From contig CM119265.1 of assembly GCA_051294375.1 (NCBI GenBank), positions 22,521,058 to 22,585,057 on the forward strand: a stretch of 64,000 bases of DNA. The letters run 5' to 3'. The notes under the pieces were generated by a model, which worked only from the letters and a program-made list of their open reading frames with translations, was not told where the DNA came from and ran no database searches. The number at the start of each line of letters is the position of its first letter. The stretch's first letter is position 1. The position numbers were made by a program, and so were the translations under genes. This document shows positions 24,086 through 36,400 of this stretch, one piece after another. The stretch comes from Paraspadella gotoi. Lineage: Eukaryota > Animalia > Chaetognatha.

Positions 24086-24711
24086 TCGTCTTGCAATCGA
24101 CTATTTTTTTTTTCAGTTTTATGACGAAGTTATCGTTTAAGTTTTACACTTTCGCAACACGAAATATCTCACTAAAGTTTTTTCCGTTCGATTTTCTTTT
24201 TTTAAAACCAAATGCGTTTTTTTTCCTACGTGATTCGTTACTTGTATAAAAAAGCATGACTTTATTTTCAGATGTATTAATTTACTGTACATCCCTGACA
24301 GAGGGATGTTAATTTGACTCGCGTAATGGGGAACTGTATTTTTCGTGGTTTTTACGTCATTAGATGGGCATTAAAGATAATCAAATAAGTTGGGGAAATG
24401 GTTGCGGCCCAAAAACTAAAGAGCTACAGCAGGCTCCAGGCACCGCTACTCTTCTGCAACGGTGGACGAGCGGATCGATCGCGTGCTTCCCTCGATCCGC
24501 ATATGACGAGAAAAGAGGCTAATGCCTCGTTAACTTTTGAATTTTCGCTAAGACCCATCCGGAAATAGATGGAGAGGCAGCGCGCGCTTCTTCGCTGGTT
24601 CGCGTGTTCGTCGTCCGGCAGACCGTCCGGCGAAAGAGCGACGACAATTTTTGAAGGACACGGCACCATCAAATAAACGAAAACTGCACTCCTCGACTCC
24701 TATCCGCTGTC

Positions 24712-27700
24712 ATGTCGACGAACAAACCAGCGGTTGGGACGAAGTCGAAAGACGAAGGGGCGGAAAAACCAGGTCCCCCGATTCAGGCCTTGAGAGATCG
24801 AGCCACTTCCTGTCCGAATCCGCACGTTTGTTCTCACCCTTTGCACGCGACCAACGCCTCCCTCCCCTCGCAATCTAAGACCGCCTTTCGCCCACAAGTT
24901 ACAACCTCGCCCAATAAGAACAACCCTTCGGCTCCTCCCGTACCGCCATTGGTCGGCGCCGTGCCCAAAACTCCTCCTCGACGCCACCCAAAGCTCAACC
25001 CCCACCAGAAGGTTCTCGACATGCACCTGCACATCCCTCAACCTTCGGACACGCAACAGGATTCTAGTTTCACTCCCAGCGCAATTGGTCGCGCTGACGC
25101 CGACGCCACTCTCACCTTTTCTCCGAAGAACAGTGGAAATATGGCGGCCCAAGCGACCACGGCCGCCACTTTTGCGACTTTTTTGAAACGCCACGGCCTG
25201 CAAGATTTTCTACATTATTTCCCGACCGATTTTACGGTTGGTCAGTTTCGCTCGTTGACCGAGGAAGATCTCCTTCTCAAATACGGCATAAAAAATCCTA
25301 TGGCGCGACGTAAGTTCATGTCCGTGCTGGCCGGCACGTCTCGGAAACCGCGCGATCATACACTACGTAACTCTGTCGGAACTCCGGTCATGTCGCCCAT
25401 CGCTCCTCCTGTTAATCCAGGAGTCCACGGACTGCAACACTTCGGACCTCCGCTGCCGGCGCCCCCGGTCCTCTCCCCGCTGCCTATCTCTCCGGCGGCG
25501 ATGCTGGCGTTAGTCGACGCGGATGTGTCCCCTTTGCCGTCGCCCTCAAATCCACTGGGCCCGGGCTTTCCCCAGCGCAGCGCCTCCATCCATGCGCTGA
25601 CGGGCGGCAACGTAGCGCCGCCCCCGATGCACGCGCCCGGCATTTCGTCGCCCGTGTCCTCCGTGCAGTCCCCGGCCGCTTTGCGCCTGAGTCGCCAGTG
25701 GTCGTTGGGCGCCAACGACGCTCTAAGCTTGCTGCACCGCAGCCCGCACTCGGGGCGAAGCCGGCGCTTCAGCGGGCACTTCTTGTCTCCGTCGATGGGC
25801 GGCGGTTCGGTATCAAACGTAGGCGCCCCGATAGGCCTCCAGGTGGGCCTCAGCGGCGGCGGACTGCTAAGGCATGGCCACTCGACTTCCAACCTGCAAT
25901 TCTCGTCCGTGGGCGAGTCGGCCTCGGGGGCGTCGAACGTCTTTAGCGAGTCCAACCTGGTACGCATGAGGAACTCGTCGAGGGGCCACTCGGCTCCCTG
26001 CCTGACGTCGCTGGGGAGAAGCGAGCTCTCTTTTTCGCCGCCATTCTCGTCGTCGTTCTCGCAGTCGAGGAAGAACAGGTGCGTTATTAAATTGTAATTT
26101 ATTTGTGTATTATGGCAACAGCCGGGTTGCCTGTGATGCCTATTGGGATGGGGCATCTCACTGTTGGCTTTGGGGGCTTCCGACCCTCAGTGACGCCTCC
26201 AGTCACTGGCGCGGTTACCCTAGGACGGTCTCGCTTTGCCAACGCAGAGGGAAGTCGTTAGGACTGTGGATGGAACACTACGCCTGGGATGGTGTGTTCC
26301 CCCTCTGAGCCAATGGATTTGGCTGAAGGATGACGGACGTGAGGCGGTGTGAATATACCGCCACAGTATTACGTTTATTAAATCGGATTTTACTATTTTT
26401 TATCACCTTCAATTCCATTTCAGGTCCCATTCTCGACGCTCTCTGAACATTCTTGGTCCAAGCGTTCATCCTCATTTCAACTTAACGTCGCCGACGATTC
26501 CCAGAGGTCATTCTCCGGTGACCATAGCGACACAACCATCCAATTCGGTCACGTCTCTGCCAACGGAGCCCGCGGTAATGCAACATCACCAACATCAACA
26601 CCACCACAGCCCCGCCATCAGCGTGACTCGCGCCGCTGTAGCACCGCCGCATGTCAACGCACCTCCGCCATTCATAGGCGGATCGAGTTTCCGACCCATC
26701 AAATCGATGACTTTTTCTACTTGCGATCAGAGGTAATTACTTAGTATTTACAAGTTTTTTAATGATTTCTAAAATATATTTAAACTGGTATCTTTTAAAT
26801 TTTTTCGTTAAAAAAAAAGCCGAGTTTTTGGCGGGTAAGTTAATATTTTTTATTCGGCGTTCTGGTGTTGCTTAAGTCGTCTCCTCGCTGCAACTGGGGG
26901 TGGGTACTTGAGCGATAACGACCAGGTTTTTATCGGATCCCACCCCGGCTCGTTTCAATTTTCAATTTTCTTTTTCACTGGCTTAATCTCCGCAAATTGC
27001 TAGGAAACTTCGCGCATCACATGCTAGTGTGGCTTCAATCATTTTACCTTTTTTTTTAATTTAGCGTTAAAGCAAGACACGTTTTTTCTTTCTTTTAAAT
27101 TACGGTTTTTACAGCAGATCTCTGCTCTATAATCCACCTTGTTGGTCTCTCGGTCCCACCGGAAAATCCTGTTGTTAAATCACTTATATCATTGCAGAAC
27201 TTCAAATTATAAAAAAATTATGCCAAGAAATGGATGTCTGTAATCCGTCCGTCCGTCCTTCCCCCCCCCCTTCCCCCCTGAGCTTTAAACGCCAATTACT
27301 CATAAGTGGATCGGGTGATTGATTTGAAAATTTGTGTGATAAAGAAGTGTATGATTGAGCTGGAAATCAAGTTTTGATGGAATCATCCGAGCAGAAATCA
27401 GTTTAAAAAAAAAAAGTTTCTTTATTTGATTTTTTTCATATGAAATTTAAAAATAACCATAATTACTACAATTATGACAATCACAATTTCCATCATAAAA
27501 AGCATAACGACAAAAACCTAAAACTATAAAACCTAAAAAAAAAGGATAACGCAAGATTAATCATAACTTATCTGATTAGCAGCTTACCGCTTAATAATCG
27601 TGGGAAGATCCAGCATGGTTTGGCAAACAGTTTGAGCAAACAATGTTTGCTCAAACTTGGGGAAAATTTTGCTTGTAATTTTACGGTTTGGATATTCTTA

Positions 27701-30436
27701 GACGTAATTGGTTCCCTTGAAACCATTTTTTCCTCTCTGTAATTTCTCAAGTCATCGCGTTTCTTGTTTTTATCAGGAGATGGTCGACTGCTTCATTGCC
27801 ATCGTCGGGCTACAGCACGAACGAACCCGCGAGTTCCTCCAACGTTTCTTCGCAATGTTCGTCGCACGAGAGACTTCACCAGGTGATGACTTTGTCGAAA
27901 GCTACTAGTCAGTAGCTAGTAGTCATACATGGAATTGTTCGTGAGTTTGTTTAAGATGTACATACTAAAAATGTACGTTCTCAAATGTATGTACTGAATT
28001 AGGTTAGGTTAGTGGTAGGATAGTTTATTAACATAAATGATAAAGGACCAGGAGGTTAACTTTGTTACTATTTACTTTACTATCTATTTTGAACTCGCAA
28101 TTATAATATAACAAATTATATATAACAAATATATACAATATAACAAATTATAATATAACAAATATTTTTATGACGCCAATATTGCAGCTTCACCACGGCC
28201 CAGAGTGGGCTTCACAATTTTCTAGCAACGAGTCGAACCCGTCGCTGGAAGTCGACATTCCTAACTTGACGTCCTTCTCCGGGGGCGACGGCTCCGCCAC
28301 GCCTAAGTCGCCCTGCCTAGCTCGACCCCGCTCGCGCTCCCTCAGTTCTCCATCGCACTCACCCGTGGGGCCCGCGTTTGCGGGAGTCAATCTGATCCAG
28401 GAGTCGCAGGAGATCGCGATGCTCAACGAGATCTACAAGGAACGCTTCCCCAAAGCGACGGCGCAGATGGAAGAAAAATTGGCTGCGTTTATCGCTGATT
28501 TGGAACAGGTTAACGAGAGGATGAAGTTCATTGTTGAATTTCAACTTTATAAAGTTTACTAAAATTTGTTATCAATCTCAATTTTTTAACAGTCACTGCA
28601 ATCGAGATTGGATTTGGTCGGAGTGGAAGGAGTAGCTTCATACGTGCTGCATCAAGTTTTAGAGCTGTCAAGGTAATACACAGGTTCGGTTGTTTGTCGC
28701 GAATGAGATTTAAGAACGCGTTTATAACAAATTCGCTAAAGAAAAAAGACGTTAGGAACGAGAATAGCACTTAACTATCCGGGGTTTTTATTAATCGATC
28801 AACATTAACTTCAAGTGGATCGATTAGAAAGGCCCCAGATTGCGATATTATTTAAAAAAATTTGCCCCAATTGAAGGAAATAATGCTTAGATACGAGCGA
28901 TTCATCGACACAGCAACTCATTGTAAATAAACTTGTAAATTGTAATTAAGCTTTCCCTTTTTTAACGACAGAAACGTTCTCCAACGTTCTCGAGAGAACA
29001 AAGTGACGTCGGAATACTTTTACGAGTTGTCGCAGACGCTGGCGCTGCTGCTTAACGACGTCCGCGAGCGATCTCCGGCCTCGAGCTGCGTCATCACGGA
29101 TCAGATCCGCAAGATGATGATGATCATCGCTCGTCCGGCGCGGCTCTTGGAATGCCTCGAGTTCGATCCCGAGGACTTTTACAACCAGATGCTCGACATG
29201 GAGGGAGAAGTGAGAACCATGCAGATGATGCAGAGGATCAACACGCAGAACCAAGGGGCCATAGCTCAACATCCGCAAATCGTCGCCCCCGCTCTCTCTG
29301 TTCACGAAACTGGTGAGGGGGAGAAGTCGTGAATTTTTTGCTTTAAATGTTCTTTTCTCGTTTGCATTTTATTTTATCTTCCCATCTCCATCCTTTTGCA
29401 GGGGCCAACTTGAATTTGGGCTACAACGAAGGCTCCTCTGTGCTAGACATCGCCAAATACGTGCTCAGCTATTTAGGCATGGCCCGCGATCCAAACGAGG
29501 GTGTCAACTTAAAGGAGTCGGACTCGGGTCGACCCGATACCCCAGACACGGACGAGCTGGAGTCGGCCGCCGCTGAGACTCCGCCGTCAAGCGCTGCCAC
29601 ACCAGAACCGACACCGTCGGTACCGGTCCACCCTCCCACGCCGTGCGAGGACGACTTCGAGACCATAAAGCTCATCTCCAACGGGGCTTACGGCGCTGTC
29701 TTCCTCGTCAGGCACAAAACCAGCAAGGAGCGGTTCGCCATGAAAAAGATGAGCAAGGGAAACGTTATACTCCGTAACCAGATTGATCAGGTCTTCACCG
29801 AACGAGACATCCTCACCTTTTCCGACAATCCCTTCGTCGTCAGCCTCTTCTGCAGCTTCGAGACCAAGACTCACCTCTGCTTCGTCATGGAGTACGTGGA
29901 AGGTGGGGACTGCGCCACGCTGCTTCGCAATATTGGTGGCCCGCTGCCGCTGGACATGGCGCGCCAGTATTTCGCCGAAGCGGTCCTTGCGCTCGAATAT
30001 CTCCATAACTTCGGCATTGTGCACCGGGACATCAAGCCGGACAACATGCTCATCACTTCCGAGGGACACATTAAGCTCACTGACTTTGGTCTTTCCAAGA
30101 TCGGACTCATGAACATGACCACTAATCTGTACGAGCGTTGCCTCGACGCCGAGTCCACTATGTTTAAGGACAATCAAGTCTTTGGGACGCCCGAATACAT
30201 TGCGCCGGAAGTCATCATTCGGCAGGGGTACGGGAAGCCCGTCGACTGGTGGAGCATGGGGATCGTTCTTTACGAGTTCCTCGTCGGGTGCACTCCTTTT
30301 TTTGGCGAGACGCCAGAGGAACTCTTTTCTCAGGTTCGCTCTCTTTCTCTCTGCCTCTCTCGCTGCCTCATCTGATTCGTCTAAAAACGAGTTCAGCTCT
30401 GCAGCGGCTGGACTTCTCTCTCTCTCTCTCTCCCTT

Positions 30437-30471
<35 letters not shown>

Positions 30472-33400
30472 TATACACGCATTGTTTGTTTGTTTGTTTT
30501 TGTTTGTTTTACTTACTGTGAATCACTTATCGCGTCAATGAATGACTCTCATTGCAACAATGAATGACTATCATTGCATCAGTGAATGACTATCATTGCA
30601 TCAGTGAATGACTATCATTGCATCAGTGAATGACTATCATTGCATCAGTGAATGACTATAATCGCATCAGTGAATGACTATCATCGCATCAATCATTTGG
30701 TAATCATCGCATCAATCATTTGGTTATCATTGCATTAATCATTTGGTTATCATCGCATCAATCATTTGGTTATCATCGCATCAGTGAATGACTATCATCG
30801 CATCAGTGAATGACTATCATCGCATCAATCATTTGATTCTCATCGCATCAATCATTTGGTTATCATCGCATCAATCATCAATTGTTTTTTTGAAATAATG
30901 GATATTGGATAATTTTGTACATGCCATGCTTTATTTATTTTAGGCCATTGCCTGCGACATCGAATGGCCAAACGATCCGAGCCATCCCAACGCCCCCAAT
31001 GATCCAGACGACGTGGCCCGTGACTTGATCGAAGGTCTTCTCCAACAAGACCCACGAGATCGATTCGGGGTCGAAGAAGTCAAGAGGCATCAGTTCTTTT
31101 ATGACCTCGACTTTCTTACACTATTGAGGCAAAAGGTAACACAAGTGAAAACGATTAGTGATTAATGATTAATTGACATTTTCCTGAAAACTGGACAACT
31201 TCTTCAGGCCCAGTGGATCCCCGAGATCGAAGGCGAGGAGGACACGAGTTACTTCGACACTCGACAAGATCGTTACGATCACTCGACCACTTTGCAGTCG
31301 GGGGAGGAGAAGGAAGCGGAAGAGGAGGTTGGCGACGCCCTCTTCGCTGCCTTCAACACTTGTTCTCCTCGTTACAGCGTCACCGGCGGTCACGCCTTCT
31401 CCAGGTACGGATGCTTAGCAAATTGTTTTTTACTAAAATCTAAGAGAAAATGTTTCGCTTTATTCATTCCTCCTCGCATTCTTTTTATCTCCTCAAGACA
31501 CTCCTCCGCTGAGGGCGGCGATTTACGCGGCCGTAAACCCTCCTCGTCCTCGCGGTGCTCGTCTTTTTGCTCGGACGTCTCGACGTCCGACCTGTCGACG
31601 GGCGCTTCGTCAGCATCTCCTGTTTCCCACCTCCTCGACTCCCCGGCCGCTTCGCCCCGTGTCCCTTTCCTATCTCGCTCTTCTCTCAGCGCCACCTCGG
31701 TTCTTTCCCAAGAGACCTCCAACGCATCCAAGACGAGCGAAGGGCCTCACTACCGGGTCTCCTTCACAGGCGACTTCGAGGATAGTGACGATTCTTCTAA
31801 CAACAACAACGTCCTTGCAAATTCCAACAACAGCAACAACAATCACATCAACGCCGTTTTCCGTGAGACCGACAACGGCATCAAACCTTTGATCGGCGTT
31901 GTTTCGGCCGATGGCGTCCCGACGCCGCTGGTCGAGAAGTCGACACCGGCGCCGATTTCCGCCTCCGATCTCAAAGCCACATCAGCGCGCGCTTCGTCCT
32001 TCGCGTTTTCCTCTCCCACCTCCTCCTCCCACGTGACCCCCGCGTCGCCGTCATCCTCGGTCGCGAGGATGGCGACCGAGGCGGATTCCTTCAAACTCAT
32101 CACGGCCTCGAAAGGGTCGAGCGGCGGCGCGGATCCTCACCGCCTCAATCAGAGTTCGTCGTTTTCTCTGACGTCGACGTCGTCAACTTCGTCGTCGTCG
32201 TCTTCTTACAAATCGGTGCCCGAGTCGAATAGCAGAGACGATATCCCCTCGACCAACCTGCCTCGCTTCTCCATATCAGTGGAGGACGGTCCCAAGAGTC
32301 CCATCAATCTTAAAGAGTTGTCGCCGGTCGAAGAACACGAGGACAAAGAGAAAGAGTTGGACTTTGGAGATGACGACGACGACGATGAGGACGATGTCGC
32401 CGGCGAGTTGGGACGCGACGGCGATGAAGGTGACGTCGATCCGGACAGCTCGTTGGAGGTGGAGCCGTTCGACTACCGATCCTCGGGAACGTTGAAGAAG
32501 TCGCACGAAGGCAGCGCCAAGGAGACCGTCGTCGTTCGACGACGCAAGGACGCAATTCTCGGACAAGGTTCTCCAAACGGGAAGACCTTCGTGCCGATTG
32601 ATCGGGATCGAGAGAATTCTCCGTCGTCGGCGTCGAAGCAAACGCAGCAGCAGCAAGAGGATCGACTTCAGCAAAGGGATGGAGCCGTGCCTCCGCCGCC
32701 GCTCACTTTGTGCATCCCGGCCAGAGGTGGTCCGGCCTTGACCTCCGACGAACCCGCGATGATGATATCGCCTCCGGCAACCGCCTCGATCGCCGGGCAG
32801 CCCCTGAAAATGTCGGGGGTTTTAGCCGAAACGATTCCTTCTCCGATCAGCAGCGTCACTTCCTCCCGCGACACCTCGCCCACCCGCAGCGGGCCATTGT
32901 CGTCGAGTGAGTCAAAACAAGCGTTTCTGTTTTTAATTTCGAACTCTTCATTTAATGTTTTTTTCCCCAGCCGCCTCTCCCCATCACTCGCAAACTTACA
33001 ATCTAGTCAAACCTCCAATCGTTATCAAGAGAGGACCGAGAGGCTTAGGTTTCACCATGCGCGCAATCAGGGTTTACAACTACGACTCTCCCCTTACGGG
33101 TAAAGAATGGAATTTGCCGAACCAAGACAACTCCAGAAAGACCAAAAAAGAAAAAAAACTACGTATAATAATAAGAACAAATATAATGATAATCAATTTA
33201 AATTTTCACACCCATCCTTAACTCCAGGTTCTCGCGGCGCGGTTCCCGGTTCCGCCCATTCCCGCAAAGGATTGGATCAGTCGTACACGATGCAGCACGT
33301 CGTTATGTCCGTGACCGAGAACGGACCCGCTCACGAAGCCGGCCTTCAAAAGGGCGACCTCATCACTCATATCAACAGCGAGAAAATTAAAGGTTTTTAA

Positions 33401-36400
33401 CAATTCAATTATTTTTGCTTGGCAATTCGCTTTTCCGCATTTAACCGTCAATTAAATTTCCTCGCAGGTCTTTTGCACACCGAGGTGGTGCAGTGCATTT
33501 TGAGCGGATCAAAACTGGTTAAGATCAACGCCGTGCCCTTGGATCAGACGTCGATCCGCACGTTGCCGAGACGCAAAGGTCGTGAACATCGCGCGAGCGG
33601 CGGCGGCGCGCACGGTGAGGACTAAGGACGGAAAATTTCTATGCTGTTTGACATTTACGCGTGGGAAGTTTGCGAGAACTTTTTCGGTTATTTCAGGAAT
33701 CGGCATGACGAGGTTAAGCGCCAACATTCATAGAGAGCACGGTCATCGTAGAAAGCATTCCAGGACGCACAGGTGCACTGTCCGACAAACTACATAGTAC
33801 AAATTATTATTATTGTTATTATCATCATCATCATACGTTCATTATCAACTTATTTCGACATTTTTTCAGTCACGAAAAATCAAGCGAGAAGAAGAAAAAT
33901 CGCAGTTCGCTCTTGCGCCAACTCACGAGCAAAAGCGGTAAGGCGGCGGCGGCGGCGCAGCTGCATGGTCAGAGTTCGATGTCGAGCAGCTACCACGGCG
34001 GCTCTTCACTTCCGCAGGTGGATATAAAGCACATATATAAAACAAGAACGGTATTTCCACTGTGTTGCGCCACAGTGACTTTATTTCACATGTATTTCCC
34101 TTTGATCACATGATATGACTTGACATGACATGACTAAAAAACTTTATTCGCCCATGTATTTATGACTTGCACTGCACCAAAATTATCAATCAATTATCAA
34201 ATGATATGCATTTTTAACATAAATAGGACAGACTGACAGACCGACCGAAAAGTGGCTTATAGAGTTGCTCCGCGAGTACTCGCGGCGCAACTAAAAAGAA
34301 CACGCATCGCAACTATCAATTTGCACATGCATTCTTGTTCTAGAAATCTGTTATATCAGGAATGTTCTCTCATTGACTGAATTTTTTCTCCTCTCTTCCA
34401 GCTCATATGCAACGACCACAACTACGCCCAGTCGCCGAACATCGGCAGTTCCCCGCCGTTGCCGCCGGGCGGAGGCAGTAGCAGCGTTCCGCCGTCTCGA
34501 AGTTTCACCTCGTTGAGCTTTCGGTCTTTGTCGTCCGGCAGCGAAAGTCTCGGCTCTGCAGGCGCCGGATCACCCGGTGCCGCCGGCGCTAAGTCGCCCA
34601 AATCCCCGCCGATTCACGCCCACGGAAAACGGGGCCGATCTCTGGGAGGATTGAATGGTAGGGATTTAAATTTCTAAAATGGATTTAAAAAAGAAGTAGG
34701 AACATTTGATGTTCATTTTTGTTGTTCAGATTCTTCCTCTCCGGGGAGTTCACAAGGTTCCCCGTCTTCTTCGGTCCCTAATTCGCCGAACGTCATCGGC
34801 GCTACGACGCATCTCGGCGGAGTTCTGCACGCCGCCGTCGACAACTCCGGTGGAGCAGGTTCGCTCGCGAAATATGTTGGCGCGAAAGTTGTCTTTGTGA
34901 TGGTTTCTTTTTCTTTTTGCATTGTGGCGTGTTTTCCAGTTCTGGCTAGCAGATCCAAGACCATACTCTTCACGATCTTGCGCGCTTTGTTGCAGATGAA
35001 AGTGTCACCAGGTCCGGGATATTTTCAAATATTTTTTACATTATTGTTGCATACTGTTCGTTTCCATATGTTTCGAAGTCGGTATTAGGTTTAGAATCGT
35101 TAAAAAGCCACGTTTCAAATTCATCCGCCACTCTTTCGTTGTTGCCCAACTTTTCCGATTATCTTTTGTTTAAACCGATCTCCCCTCTCCTCACCCTCCC
35201 ACCCGCCGGCCTCCTCTGCTCTTATTCGATTGAAGGAGCGATCGGTGCCGCGTCGTCTTCTGGTGCTGCCCCATCCGCTTTTCAACGGCCCTCGACTCTC
35301 GTCGGCCTCAAGAAACAATTGGCGAAAACGATCGGGGCGACGCGAGGATCTCCTCAGCAGAGGCGAACCTCCGTGGGTAAGTTATGGATGATAGCTGCTT
35401 GAATTAATTTATTTTGATAAATTTTAAATCCCCCTAGGTGGACACGCCATGCCTTTGTCCCCTCTCGCGCGAACGCCTTCGCCTTCTCCCATCGCTACAT
35501 CACCTACAAGGTCCCCCTCGCCGTTGACACTGGGACACGCGGCCGGAAGTAGCAACATGACCCAGACTTACCAACCCTCTACTCACGGACCCAATTCAGG
35601 TAGCCCTCTGTTCTCACGAATGCTTTTTGTTAATAATATAAGTATCAATTTAGATAATATTTGATATTATAATGGCTAGACATCTCGCCTCATCCTCGTG
35701 GCGAGCGCGGCCACCATCATCATCTGCATTATCCTCATTATCCGAGCGGAAGTGGGACTTCGACGGCCGTCGCCTTTTCCCCTCACAGCAAGCAAAGATT
35801 TATGGCCGGTAGACCCAAGAGTTATTCTGGAGGACCTTCAGCAGGTTCGTAAGTTCTGGTATGGATGTTAATGACTTGAAACAAACTTACCCTCCCGCTC
35901 CCGCTTTCAGGTGTTAGTGGTAGCCACTCTGTCGACGGGATCGAAAGTCCTGGGAATTCGGGGGGCGCCATTCGTCAACACTCGGCGTCGGCGGCGACAG
36001 GTAACGGCGGGTCGCCGTTGCTAAGGCGCGCGCTGTCGCCCGATCGTCTTCATCCGCAGCTCGATCTCCAGAGAAGCCACTCATCGCCCGCCAATTCTGG
36101 CGGGTCGGCTTCAGGCAAGTATTTTGACGTTTCCAATTATGCTAAATGTATTATTCGTTTAATGTTTCGTTTTTGTTGTTTCCACTTTGTTATTTTGTCG
36201 TTCCTCCTGCGATCAAATGTTTGTTTAACTTTGCTTATCTGGGCAATGGGCATCCTACTTTTGCTGATCTAAACTATTTTTTCGCCCCTCGCATGTAGTC
36301 AGTTTCAGTTCGCATCCTTTTGTATATATTTTAAGCAAACTGTATTAAATTGTGCTTTTGTTTTCGAAATTTTCCTGGCTTCTCCACAGGCGTTGATATT

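Noticed and set aside
25356-26156. 266-aa minus-strand ORF, and similar ones at 29587-30177 and 31390-31731
   Set aside because: These are antisense shadows of GC-rich MAST exons with no recognisable motifs.
30537-30877. Regular 22-23-bp repeats resembling a CRISPR array
   Set aside because: The units are directly adjacent with no unique spacers, there are no cas genes, and they lie in a eukaryotic intron.
31292-33103. 603-aa ORF as an independent gene
   Set aside because: It is MAST exons read through short in-frame introns.
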